Source: a virus | Lineage: Duplodnaviria > Caudoviricetes | Length of the DNA: 64,000 bases | Virus record (IMG/VR): IMGVR_UViG_2706795396_000001 | Location: 10,807 to 74,806 of that record | Reading direction: 5' to 3' (one strand) | In this document: in pieces, positions 19,736 through 29,025 of the stretch | Position numbering within the stretch: position 1 is the first letter of the stretch | Layout: the number at the start of each line of letters is the position of its first letter | Notes under the pieces: model-generated | The model's input: the letters and a program-made list of their open reading frames with translations, nothing else | What the model was told of the DNA's origin: nothing | The model's database searches: none | Made by a program: the position numbers and the translations under genes

Positions 19736-22700
19736 TTTTGCTAATGATTTTGCTGTTGGACTTTTTAGAACGACTCATAACTGGAATATACATGCGAAAA
19801 TTAGCAAAAGAGACTTAGTTGATGGTCAAACTACTTATAAGATTAAGGAAACATTTGTAATCGGCGACTCGGAGCAATTAGGTTGGGAATCGCCAAGCCC
19901 TTATTGTTGGTTTAATATGGTGCCATCTGGATATAGCATAAGTGTTGATCATTACAAAGTTGAAAAAGGCAACATGGCTACAGACTGGACGCCTGCCCCA
20001 GAGGATACCGACCAAGCGATCAGCAAGGTCAGTCAAACGGCCGATGCAATACGTGCGGACTTGACCAACACAAAAGGTGATGTTGCAAGTGTTAAAGCCA
20101 CGGCAAACAGTCTGCAGGGTCAGATCACGGACAATAAAAATAATATTTCTGCGGTCAAACAAACGGCAGACAGCATCACTACCCGTGTATCCAACGCAGA
20201 AGGAAACGTGTCTGGCCTACAACAAACCGCAAGCAAGCTCCAGTCTGACTTGACCAACGCTAAAGGTGACATCAGCAGTTTACAACAGACGACAAATGGA
20301 CTGACATCACGGGTTGGCAGTGCTGAGGGGAATATCTCGCAGTTACAGCAAACTGCTGATAAACTGACCTCCAGAATGACCAATGCCGAGGGTAGCGTAA
20401 GTAGTCTCCAACAGACGGCTAAAAGCTTGCAATCTACCGTGACAGACCATTCCGACAGGATTTCACAATTACAGCAGGATGCGAGTGGATTGAGTGCTAC
20501 GGTGCTAGGCGGTGGCAACCTACTAAACAACACCAGTGATACTTTGCGAAAATTTACGGGCACCGATTGGATATGGTATGCCGAATCCAATGACGAACCA
20601 GTTGCGAAACATCAACTCGATGGGCAAAAAGTCACTCTTAGCGTATGGATTGAAAATCCGTCCAAAGAAGCTTGGGTGCAAATGTGGACAGACAAAGGAA
20701 TGGCTCAAGGCAATAAGATTCCTGCGGGGGGAAAAGGTTGGTCGCAGGTAACTTACACAATGCCTAGAGGATTTACTCACTGGAATATCGTTGTGGGGTG
20801 CGGTAATGATCCGGGACTAATCACGCTTAGCTACTCCAGCCTCCAACTGGAACTTGGTCCAAACCGCACCACCTGGAAACCATCTAATGGCGACATAGCT
20901 CAGCTTAAAGTTACGGCCGATGGGCTGACCACCCGTGTATCCAACGCAGAAGGAAACGTGTCTGGCCTACAACAAACCGCAAGCAAGCTCCAGTCTGACT
21001 TGACCAACGCTAAAGGTGACATCAGCAGTTTACAACAGACGACAAATGGACTGACATCACGGGTTGGCAGTGCTGAGGGGAATATCTCGCAGTTACAGCA
21101 AACTGCTGATAAACTGACCACGAGGATGTCAAACGCAGAAGGTAATGTTTCCAATTTGGAACAGACGGCGCAGGGACTGACCGCAGACATGAAGGACGCT
21201 AAGGGGAATATTTCCTCGCTCCAGGATACGGCCAGTGGGTTGGCCTCCCGTATGTCTAACGCAGAGGGGGACATCTCCAACGTCCAGCAGACGGCCAACA
21301 ACCTCAACGCCTATATCAAGAGGTCAAAAGGTTCAAGCACTCTGGCCGCTCTGTTGTCGATGGATCCAAACAACTCAACGATCGGTCAGGTTGTCAACGG
21401 GCACATAGTTGCTGGGATTAACATGTCCTCTGATGGTAGCCTAAAAATTGTCGGTGATAAACTCCACATTACGGCTGGCACCACGATTGACCAGGCTGTT
21501 ATTCATGCGGCTAATATTGACTCTGTTGATGCTTCAACGATTAGGGTAGGTACGCTAGATGCATCTAAAGTTAAGGTTACGAACTTGGATGCTGATAACA
21601 TCACCACAGGGACGTTAGCGGCAGAACACTTGCACGTAACCAAGGATACTGTTATTGACAATGGGATAATTGGCAATGCTCAGATCGCAGACCTCAATGC
21701 TGACAAAATTAAAGCTGGGACTCTTGATGCGTCTCATGTGCAAGTAACCAACCTTGATGCTAATAATATTGTAACAGGGACTTTAGCTGCGGAACGTTTG
21801 CATGTTACCAAGGACACAGTGATCGATAACGGAATAATCAAAGACGCTATGATAGCTAACCTCAACGCCGGAAAAATTACTGCGGGTACACTCGACGCAT
21901 CTAAAATAGACGTTCAAAACTTGACTGCTGACAAGATCACGTCTGGGACGCTTGATGCAGACAAGGTTAACATAATCAACTTGAACGCTGACAAGATCAC
22001 GTCTGGGACGCTTGATGCAGCTCACGTGAACGTAATTAATCTTGACGCAAATTCTATCACGACAGGATCACTAAGAGCAGCTCTTTACGATGTAAGTACT
22101 TTTACGGACTACGGTGTTGGGCCATCTAGCCCATGGGACTTCGATCTCACTAAGTCGTCATATGGTAATTGGTTCTTGAACGGCGAAACGACTGCCGATC
22201 ATGTTTATAACGGACCAAGATATCCCGGAGGTCAAAAACTAACTCCGTATATGTACGTAACAAGCCGAGGGTCTGCGGACGGCAGTCGGGTTACTGTAAC
22301 CGTGTGGAAGGACAACGACCCGACACAATATCAGCGTGTTTGGAATGGCAGGTCTTGGTCAGACTGGGTAATGCTTCCTAACAGCCAAAATCTTGTTTCC
22401 GCTATCAATCTTAACCCAGACAGCATAAAGATCAGTGGCAAGAATATCGAACTGAGCGGCGATACGACAGTTACTGGTCAGCTTGACTTAATGCAAAAAA
22501 ACACAAACTGGGTAAATCAAGACTCTAACTACCACAACCCTTGGAGCTGGAATAATGCTCACATTTACTTCAACAATTATCTTCAATTACTTGGTGAAAA
22601 TTGCGATGTTACGTATGAAGACAATTCCCACTTAAATGGTGGACGAAAATTCTATTCAATCGGCACCTTAACGCCAGGATACTTAAAATTCACCACCTAT

Positions 22701-23384
22701 AAAAATAAGGTAAATTCAACAGATGAAAAATTTGATGGTCAAATTGCAAGAACCTACATTGACTCTAGTAGAATTGAAACGGATGATGTCTGGGCAGGCG
22801 ATTTACGCATCGTAGGCCATCATATCAGAGCAGCCGACGACAAATTTGTGATCGTATCTAACCACGCAGGTACAAACTTTGATAATAATGGTTCTGTTGG
22901 TTTCCAGGTCTATGGTGGTATTGGTTTGGGCAAAGCTACGATCTACACGCCAGATCTTGATCTGTATATCCAGCGGGGTAATGCCGTCACAGCACTGAGC
23001 CAGTCTTACAACAACGCTGGTAAGGTCGATGTGCATTGCAATAGAGTTATCTCTCAGAGAGCTAACTCGGTATCGTCCCGGCTTTCAGTTAAGACCGACA
23101 TCACGCCTGTCTCTTACGACCGAGCACTGGCTGCGGTTATGGGCACGGAGATGTACGACTACCGCTATACTAGTGATGAAAGTGGTCAGCACTACGTGTC
23201 CGGGATTATCGATGATGTTAATCCAGACCCTCAATACCATATGGATGACATGTTAATCAACAAAGAAAGAACTGCACGTATTGATGCAAATCTTGTCGGT
23301 TATCATCATGTAGTTTTGCAAGAACTTCTTAAAAAGATAGATAAATTAGAAATTAAATTGAAGTCATTAGAAACCATATTATAA
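19713..23384 (+). CDS. Tail fibre / receptor-binding protein, C-terminal part with peptidase S74-like chaperone end
   Basis: KVEKGNMATDWTPAPED module end, QTA..L repeats, a second GGGNLL..LELG..TTWKP module, I.A..I..G.L.A repeats, a knob-like segment and SSRLSVKTDI..AL..V...+Y.Y.Y. No RBS before ATG 19713. Confidence 0.8.
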   Translation: MARLAKSDFANDFAVGLFRTTHNWNIHAKISKRDLVDGQTTYKIKETFVIGDSEQLGWESPSPYCWFNMVPSGYSISVDHYKVEKGNMATDWTPAPEDTDQAISKVSQTADAIRADLTNTKGDVASVKATANSLQGQITDNKNNISAVKQTADSITTRVSNAEGNVSGLQQTASKLQSDLTNAKGDISSLQQTTNGLTSRVGSAEGNISQLQQTADKLTSRMTNAEGSVSSLQQTAKSLQSTVTDHSDRISQLQQDASGLSATVLGGGNLLNNTSDTLRKFTGTDWIWYAESNDEPVAKHQLDGQKVTLSVWIENPSKEAWVQMWTDKGMAQGNKIPAGGKGWSQVTYTMPRGFTHWNIVVGCGNDPGLITLSYSSLQLELGPNRTTWKPSNGDIAQLKVTADGLTTRVSNAEGNVSGLQQTASKLQSDLTNAKGDISSLQQTTNGLTSRVGSAEGNISQLQQTADKLTTRMSNAEGNVSNLEQTAQGLTADMKDAKGNISSLQDTASGLASRMSNAEGDISNVQQTANNLNAYIKRSKGSSTLAALLSMDPNNSTIGQVVNGHIVAGINMSSDGSLKIVGDKLHITAGTTIDQAVIHAANIDSVDASTIRVGTLDASKVKVTNLDADNITTGTLAAEHLHVTKDTVIDNGIIGNAQIADLNADKIKAGTLDASHVQVTNLDANNIVTGTLAAERLHVTKDTVIDNGIIKDAMIANLNAGKITAGTLDASKIDVQNLTADKITSGTLDADKVNIINLNADKITSGTLDAAHVNVINLDANSITTGSLRAALYDVSTFTDYGVGPSSPWDFDLTKSSYGNWFLNGETTADHVYNGPRYPGGQKLTPYMYVTSRGSADGSRVTVTVWKDNDPTQYQRVWNGRSWSDWVMLPNSQNLVSAINLNPDSIKISGKNIELSGDTTVTGQLDLMQKNTNWVNQDSNYHNPWSWNNAHIYFNNYLQLLGENCDVTYEDNSHLNGGRKFYSIGTLTPGYLKFTTYKNKVNSTDEKFDGQIARTYIDSSRIETDDVWAGDLRIVGHHIRAADDKFVIVSNHAGTNFDNNGSVGFQVYGGIGLGKATIYTPDLDLYIQRGNAVTALSQSYNNAGKVDVHCNRVISQRANSVSSRLSVKTDITPVSYDRALAAVMGTEMYDYRYTSDESGQHYVSGIIDDVNPDPQYHMDDMLINKERTARIDANLVGYHHVVLQELLKKIDKLEIKLKSLETIL
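20181..21119 (+). repeat. 189-bp exact direct repeat pair (20181-20369, 20931-21119)
   Basis: ACCCGTGTATCCAACGCAG…GATAAACTGACC occurs twice, 750 bp apart, in frame. Confidence 0.9.
21927..22020 (+). repeat. 34-bp exact repeat pair within I-x-A repeats
   Basis: GCTGACAAGATCACGTCTGGGACGCTTGATGCAG at 21927 and 21987. Confidence 0.85.
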
Positions 23385-23401
23385 ACAAAGGAGAACTAAT
23401 C

Positions 23402-23869
23402 ATGAAAATTATTGTAAACAGCATTAACCAAACTTATAGTGAAGACGGGAATACCAATCAAATCATTGTTGCTTTTAGTGGTAGCTCAACTAACGGGGGT
23501 GGAGATTACCTCAGTGCTAGTGTTAACGTGACTACCAAGGAATTGACAAAGGATAAGACTTTCGATGATCTGCTTGACTCTGAAATTGAAGCTTTGGGTC
23601 GAAAGAAGCTTGCCGTTTATGCAGCAGGTGCTATGACCATCAGGGTCTCAAGCATCAACCGGGTGTTCAACCAAAGCGGCGAACCCATCAATGCAGTAGT
23701 ATCAGTGGTTGGCACTTCTAGCGATGGTAGTGGTGACTACATTAACTACCGTAAGACAGTTACTAAGGAAGATCTTCCAGAAGGTAAGACTTTCGCTCAA
23801 ATGTCTGCTGGTTCCCTTAAAGCTTTGGCTAAGGCACAACTAGTAAACGATACTAAGGCATCAGAATAG
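23402..23869 (+). CDS. Phage protein made of two homologous halves (tail-associated)
   Basis: I.V.SIN..+...G……G.S..G.GDY+…VT..+L...KTF..+ occurs twice; RBS AAGGAG. Confidence 0.7.
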   Translation: MKIIVNSINQTYSEDGNTNQIIVAFSGSSTNGGGDYLSASVNVTTKELTKDKTFDDLLDSEIEALGRKKLAVYAAGAMTIRVSSINRVFNQSGEPINAVVSVVGTSSDGSGDYINYRKTVTKEDLPEGKTFAQMSAGSLKALAKAQLVNDTKASE

Positions 23870-23879
23870 GAGAAGCACT

Positions 23880-24038
23880 ATGCAAATTTCACCAGAAAGT
23901 TATATAAATGTTTTAACTGAGCAAGTTAAAAATTTAACTATCGAAAATGCCCAACTTCGTGCCTTCATCTTTGACATGGCCGCCAAGACCAAGGATACTG
24001 GTAATGAAACTGCCGAAAAGGACAAGGACACTGACTAA
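23880..24038 (+). CDS. Small hypothetical protein (52 aa)
   Basis: AGGAG RBS, ATG 23880, MQISPESYINVLTEQVKNLTIENAQLRA…; below the ORF-track cutoff. Confidence 0.7.
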   Translation: MQISPESYINVLTEQVKNLTIENAQLRAFIFDMAAKTKDTGNETAEKDKDTD

Positions 24039-24123
24039 TTAGCTCTAAGCTATTATTGGTCTTTATTCGGCAATTTCAAATAAGAATTGTAAGATGTTTT
24101 TATAAAAGAAGAGGATAATCTTT

Positions 24124-24477
24124 ATGGCAAACACAATGACGGTATCAAGTGGAGAAGAGAACAGCGTGGAAGGTGACACTAACCACGTTTATCATTTAAC
24201 GTGCACGACTGGAAATGGTCAAGAACATCTATTTAACAAAGAAACCAAAAGCGTATCTTTGCTTTATTCTTCAACGACTAAATATTTAGGAACTATTCCA
24301 ACAACAATTCAACCTGACGGTACTTTGGTTGCAAGAGCAATTCCACAAGAAAATCAAACTGCAGGAACTTTCTATTTGGAATTACACGAGACTCTAAATG
24401 ACGGTTCAGTTAGAATATTTCCTTCAGAAGGGCACATAGAAGTATATCTTAATGACAGTATCGCTTCTCTTCAATAG
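24124..24477 (+). CDS. BppU-N-like baseplate-associated protein
   Basis: G.+YLE+..T..DG..RIFPS.G.+.+.+..S motif; RBS GAGGA. Confidence 0.5.
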   Translation: MANTMTVSSGEENSVEGDTNHVYHLTCTTGNGQEHLFNKETKSVSLLYSSTTKYLGTIPTTIQPDGTLVARAIPQENQTAGTFYLELHETLNDGSVRIFPSEGHIEVYLNDSIASLQ

Positions 24478-24489
24478 AGGAAAAAAATT

Positions 24490-24906
24490 ATGAAAACATT
24501 CAAAAGTGCAGATTCTCATGTTTCTAGAAAGGAACTATTTGTCTTAGGTTTTGTCTCGTTTTTGGTCGGTTTTGCATTATTAATATACAGACATTTCTTT
24601 TTCTTTCCGCCTGTTGACGTGATTCTGAGTATCTTCAACAGTGAAATACTTGATTTTTTAGGTGCTTCAGTTGGTTTTTTAGCGATGGTATGTTCCTGTG
24701 CCGCCAAACTAAACGTTAAAGTTATTAGCTGCTGTGTCGTTTTTATCAACATGTTTTTAATGTTCGTTTCATTAACTTCATTGTTTCATTTTTTGTTTGC
24801 TAATAATGATAAACCTGAAATGCTTATAACAGCGGTAGCTTTATTTGGTATGATTGCGGTAGGACTAGAAATAGCTAGAAATCTTCCTTCCAGCAAAAAT
24901 AAGTAA
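24490..24906 (+). CDS. Multi-TM membrane protein (lysis region, holin-like)
   Basis: Four hydrophobic segments; located upstream of holin and endolysin. Confidence 0.6.
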   Translation: MKTFKSADSHVSRKELFVLGFVSFLVGFALLIYRHFFFFPPVDVILSIFNSEILDFLGASVGFLAMVCSCAAKLNVKVISCCVVFINMFLMFVSLTSLFHFLFANNDKPEMLITAVALFGMIAVGLEIARNLPSSKNK

Positions 24907-24927
24907 CAAAAAAGGAAAAAAGGGTTA

Positions 24928-25239
24928 ATGGATTGGACAGAAGTAATAACGAAATTAGTTTCGTCTTTTTTCTCTGTAGTAATTGCATGGATAACATACA
25001 AACAAGTTACCGAAACATCTGATATAGAAAAGACCTCAGAAGAACTAGCTGAAACGAAAAAGAAAAACGACAACTTGGAAGATAAAATAAAGAGACTTCA
25101 AATTAAAAATAGATTGTTAAAGCTTCAAATTGAATCATTAGAAAAAATCAACGAAGAAGAAAAAGCACAGATAATCCAATATAAACAAAAAATACAAGAA
25201 TTAAAAAAGAGGTTAAATGAATATGAATCAGATCAATAA
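24928..25239 (+). CDS. N-terminal TM plus coiled-coil lysis-region protein
   Basis: MDWTEVITKLVSSFFSVVIAWITY followed by heptads. Confidence 0.6.
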   Translation: MDWTEVITKLVSSFFSVVIAWITYKQVTETSDIEKTSEELAETKKKNDNLEDKIKRLQIKNRLLKLQIESLEKINEEEKAQIIQYKQKIQELKKRLNEYESDQ

Positions 25240-25657
25240 TTTAGCAGAAGTTGTTGTAGCAGTAGTAGTAGCTGTTATTCCTTTTATTTTCAAACAATTA
25301 GAAGAATGGCTTGAAAAGAACCAGACCGCTAAGACCGTTGTTTCTATCTTACCTACCATTGCAAAGGACGCAGTTGTCATTACGGAAAAATTAGGTGTTG
25401 AAGAAGAGCTAACTGGTAATATTAAGAACTTAAAAGCTGTTCAGTCTGTTTCTGAAGCTTTAAAGAATCTGGGCTTTACAGACGTAGACAAACAAATCAT
25501 CGAGAACGCAGTTGAATCTGCATATGCAGAACTGGTAAAGAGCGGCACTTTGTCAGTTTACAAGCCTGACGATAAACAAGAAACACAACAAGCAGAAGAA
25601 AACAAGCAAGAGCAACCACAGGTTGAACAAGCTAAGCAAGCAACGAACGAACAATAA
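25217..25657 (+). CDS. Holin, LL-H family-like
   Basis: N-terminal TM; A..AV...EKLG…K...A...V...L…I..A+E.AY motif; directly upstream of the endolysin. Confidence 0.75.
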   Translation: MNMNQINNLAEVVVAVVVAVIPFIFKQLEEWLEKNQTAKTVVSILPTIAKDAVVITEKLGVEEELTGNIKNLKAVQSVSEALKNLGFTDVDKQIIENAVESAYAELVKSGTLSVYKPDDKQETQQAEENKQEQPQVEQAKQATNEQ

Positions 25658-25670
25658 AGGAGTATTAATA

Positions 25671-26927
25671 GTGAAAAAGAAAATTATCCCAATATTGTTG
25701 TCCAGTGCTACTGTTTTAGGTTTAATGTTTGCTAACAAAATAAGCGCAGCTACTAGAGAAGAAGGTGTCGATGTATCAAGTTACCAAGGCTCATCTTCTT
25801 CCTACTTCAAAACTCTGAAGAACAAGGGTGCTAAATTTGTAATTGTAAAAGTTGGCGGCTCTGGTGGTGGAGAAGGTTATCACTACCAAAACCCTAGCGC
25901 TTCAATGCAATTGGCAAACGCAAAGGTAAACGGTTTGGCAGTTGGTGCATATTTCTGGGCAGAATGTGGTTCATCAAGTTCAGAAGCATTAAGAATGGCG
26001 AAGTTAGCCGTATCTGACGCTAAGAGAGCCGGTTTAAAAACTAGTTCTGTTATTGCAATGGACTATGAAGCTGGCGCTTACGCTTCACAAAAGACAGCTA
26101 ACACCAACGCAGTAATCACGTTTATGGACCACATTAAGAAGGCTGGCTATAAGCCACTCTTCTATAGTGGCGCTTCATTTGCTAGATCTAACGTAGACAC
26201 TAAAAAGTTGGTTAATAAATATGGTAAGAGTGCGCTCTGGATTGCTTCTTACAAGACTATGAACGCACAGTATACACCTGACTATAATTACTTCCCTTCA
26301 ATGGACGGAATTGGTATTTGGCAATATGCGGACAACTGGAAGGGTTTGAATGTTGACGGTAACGTACAATTCTTCAAGGTAATTAGTAACGGTGAAGTTA
26401 CCAAGAAAACTCCAGTTAAGCAAGCAAACGCTACTACTAATAAAGAAAACGGTGTAAAGAAGTTTCCAAAGGACAACACTTACACGGTTAAGAATGGCGA
26501 CAGTTGGTCTTCTATTGCTAAGGCTTACGGTATTGACGTAAACGGTCTAGCAAAGCTCAATGGCGCTACCACTAAGACTATGTTGCATCCCGGACAAAAA
26601 CTGAAGCTGACTGGGCACGTTTCAAACGTGGCTACTAAGAAACCTAAGAAGACTACTACCAAGAAAAAGACAGTAAAGAAGCACTCATGGATTAAGAAGA
26701 GTGGCTATTTCAGACTGAATACTACCATCAAGTTACGATCTGGAGCAAGCACATCTTCTAGAGTCATTTCTACTCTGTACAGAGGTCAAGTCATCAAGTT
26801 TGATGCTTATAAGATCTCTGGTGGTTATGTTTGGTTAAGACAGAAGAGAAGTAACGGATACGGCTCTGTTGCTTCTGGTGTTGCTAAGAACGGTAAGAGA
26901 GTATCAACTTGGGGCACGATTTTTTAA
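25671..26927 (+). CDS. Endolysin: signal peptide + GH25 muramidase + LysM + SH3
   Basis: GTG start after AAAGGAG; KKKIIPILLSSATVLGLMFANKISA signal; GVDVSSYQG, MDYE and WQY motifs; YTVKNGDSWSSIA; SH3_5-like C-terminus. Confidence 0.93.
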   Translation: MKKKIIPILLSSATVLGLMFANKISAATREEGVDVSSYQGSSSSYFKTLKNKGAKFVIVKVGGSGGGEGYHYQNPSASMQLANAKVNGLAVGAYFWAECGSSSSEALRMAKLAVSDAKRAGLKTSSVIAMDYEAGAYASQKTANTNAVITFMDHIKKAGYKPLFYSGASFARSNVDTKKLVNKYGKSALWIASYKTMNAQYTPDYNYFPSMDGIGIWQYADNWKGLNVDGNVQFFKVISNGEVTKKTPVKQANATTNKENGVKKFPKDNTYTVKNGDSWSSIAKAYGIDVNGLAKLNGATTKTMLHPGQKLKLTGHVSNVATKKPKKTTTKKKTVKKHSWIKKSGYFRLNTTIKLRSGASTSSRVISTLYRGQVIKFDAYKISGGYVWLRQKRSNGYGSVASGVAKNGKRVSTWGTIF

Positions 26928-26971
26928 GAGATAAACATCTCTTTCACCACCTGTAATTGGGTGGTGTACAT
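26926..26971 (+). terminator. Tandem hairpin element ending in TACAT after endolysin
   Basis: AAGAGAT-aaac-ATCTCTT, then CACCACC-N8-GGTGGTG, then TACAT. Confidence 0.6.
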
Positions 26972-27004
26972 TTAATTAGAAAAAACAGAAAGAAAGAGGA
27001 AACT

Positions 27005-27982
27005 ATGGCAGTTAGACTTTTTAACGAGCAGGATTGGGAAAATTTATCTGAAGAAAACAGAGAATTGTATGAAGATTACATGTTAAATTTAGAGGCTGAA
27101 GGTAAAGCAAAAAAGACTCGAGACCAATATGGATATGATCTCCGTGCTTTCTTCTGTTACTTGGTGAGAGAGAAGAAAAACAAATATATTCTTGATCTGA
27201 AAAGGAAGGAATTTCGAAATTTTTTCTTAATTTTAAAGCGTTCGGAAGTAAGCAACGCAAGAATTAATCGTTTCCAATCTAGCGTTCGGAACTTGCTTAA
27301 TTACGCTTGTATTTCTGAAGATTACGATTACGACATCAATCAAATGCAATATTTAAAAGGTCTTCAGAAAGAACCAGTCCGTGAAATTGTTTTTTTGACT
27401 GACCGACAAATTAATATTTTGATTGACGAGCTTTTAAAGCGTAAAAAATATCAAAAAGCTCTTTGGGTGTCACTCGCTTACGAGTCGGGTGGTAGAAGAA
27501 ATGAGATTCATCAAATTAAGAAAGATGGTTTTTTAGAAAGAAATCAAACCGAAACCGTAATTGGTAAAAGAGGTAAAAAGTTCAAATTGATTTACTTCAA
27601 TCGTTCCAAAATTATTTATAAATTATGGATGAAACAAAGAGGCGAAGACGACATTCCGAGTTTGTGGATAACTGGCAAAGGAAAAAACAAGCGTCCAATG
27701 ACTTACACGACAATGTATAGTTTTGTAGATGAGCTCAGAGAAATTCTAAAAGAACGTACGGGCAAAGATGTTCCTTTGAACGAGCACAGCTTCCGTCATT
27801 CATGCTTAACGAATTTTTCTGACGGTACTCATCATGTCCTTGAAGAAGTCGGAAAAGACAAGCTAAATCTTCAAATGTTAAAAATTTTAGCGCACCATTC
27901 TGACATCTCAACAACTCAAGGTTACTTACGGGATGACAGCGAAGAGCAATTAGCCAACGCCCTGGGTATCGAATTAAATTAA
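27005..27982 (+). CDS. Tyrosine recombinase (XerC/D-like integrase)
   Basis: Catalytic R (GGRRNE), K, H-x-x-R (HSFRH), H (AHHS) and Y (TTQGY); ATG after GAAAGAGG. Confidence 0.9.
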   Translation: MAVRLFNEQDWENLSEENRELYEDYMLNLEAEGKAKKTRDQYGYDLRAFFCYLVREKKNKYILDLKRKEFRNFFLILKRSEVSNARINRFQSSVRNLLNYACISEDYDYDINQMQYLKGLQKEPVREIVFLTDRQINILIDELLKRKKYQKALWVSLAYESGGRRNEIHQIKKDGFLERNQTETVIGKRGKKFKLIYFNRSKIIYKLWMKQRGEDDIPSLWITGKGKNKRPMTYTTMYSFVDELREILKERTGKDVPLNEHSFRHSCLTNFSDGTHHVLEEVGKDKLNLQMLKILAHHSDISTTQGYLRDDSEEQLANALGIELN

Positions 27983-28008
27983 GCGCATAATATTTATAAC
28001 AACATACG

Positions 28009-28047
28009 AAAAAGGAGAATGAGATCTAATCTCGTCCTCCTTTTTTT
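28009..28047. terminator. Bidirectional terminator between convergent arms
   Basis: AAAAAGGAG…GAGAT-cta-ATCTC…CTCCTTTTTTT. Confidence 0.8.
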
Positions 28048-28058
28048 GTTTGTTGATT

Positions 28059-28904
28059 TTAATTTTGTTTCATCAGTTCTTCAACTTTTTTGGCAATATC
28101 ATTGCCAAAATTTTTTCTCGTCTTTTCAACTACATTTTTGTCTGCATAGCAGAACCAATGTCCACAAGTCTTGTTGCGCTTGCCATTGATGACATCAGAA
28201 ATGTTTGATTGATAAACACCAAGCTGTCGTCCGGCTTCACATTGCGACTCAAACCAGAAAACCTCAAACGTCTCTGGGTTGACGGCAATCATAGGGCATA
28301 GTTTCATATTGACCCTAATTTCTCGAATTTTTTCTTCAGTAATTTCACTTTCGTCTTCTGTAACCCAATAATTACCCGCCACGTATTGCTCACCATTGAT
28401 TACAGCATATATGCTTGATCGGCTAACTCCAAGTTGACGTGCAGCTTCGTTCTGTGACTCGAAACGTAAAACTTTACCAGTCTTTAGATTGATTGCAAAT
28501 ACGTGGTGTCTTAATACTTTAGTGGCTTCTCTAGCTGAAACTCCATATCTTTCCTTGTAAGCAATATTATACTCGTGTGTACACCACTCAAGATTACTTA
28601 CGACATTATTCGTTCTATCATTGTCTTTATGGTTAACTTCTGGATAGTCATTTGGATTAGGGATAAAGCAAATAGCAACCATACGATGTGTGAGCAGATA
28701 AACTTTCTTACCATTCACTCTGACACACACTTGCATATAACCATTTTTCTTAATTTGTTGGTTTAACACTTGCCCCCCTGCAGAATATTTTTTACCGTCT
28801 TTACGTGTTATAATCCTATCTTTCGTTCTAATTCTTCCTAAATTACTCACCTCGATAAAATCATAGTCTGGGTAAGTCTTCCAGATTTCTTCTGTATTTT
28901 CCAT
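28059..28904 (-). CDS. NUMOD4-HNH endonuclease with two NUMOD1 repeats (copy 2)
   Basis: Same motifs as copy 1; FESQ.EA.RQLG twice; ATG after AAAGGAG. Confidence 0.92.
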   Translation of the reverse strand: MENTEEIWKTYPDYDFIEVSNLGRIRTKDRIITRKDGKKYSAGGQVLNQQIKKNGYMQVCVRVNGKKVYLLTHRMVAICFIPNPNDYPEVNHKDNDRTNNVVSNLEWCTHEYNIAYKERYGVSAREATKVLRHHVFAINLKTGKVLRFESQNEAARQLGVSRSSIYAVINGEQYVAGNYWVTEDESEITEEKIREIRVNMKLCPMIAVNPETFEVFWFESQCEAGRQLGVYQSNISDVINGKRNKTCGHWFCYADKNVVEKTRKNFGNDIAKKVEELMKQN

Positions 28905-29025
28905 AAACTCTCCTTTCTTGTTATATGTGAACTTCAAAAACGAACAAGAAGCCCGTTTACAACAAACAAACTTCTTTTTTATGTTTTCTATTTTACTACG
29001 CTTTAGGGTGAATTTTCAACCTTAA

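Noticed and set aside
18149-23384. Diversity-generating retroelement (template/variable repeat)
   Set aside because: The repeats are exact rather than adenine-varied, and no reverse transcriptase is in the window.
27983-28058. attP site next to the recombinase
   Set aside because: The space is occupied by a bidirectional terminator; no core or arm repeats were visible.
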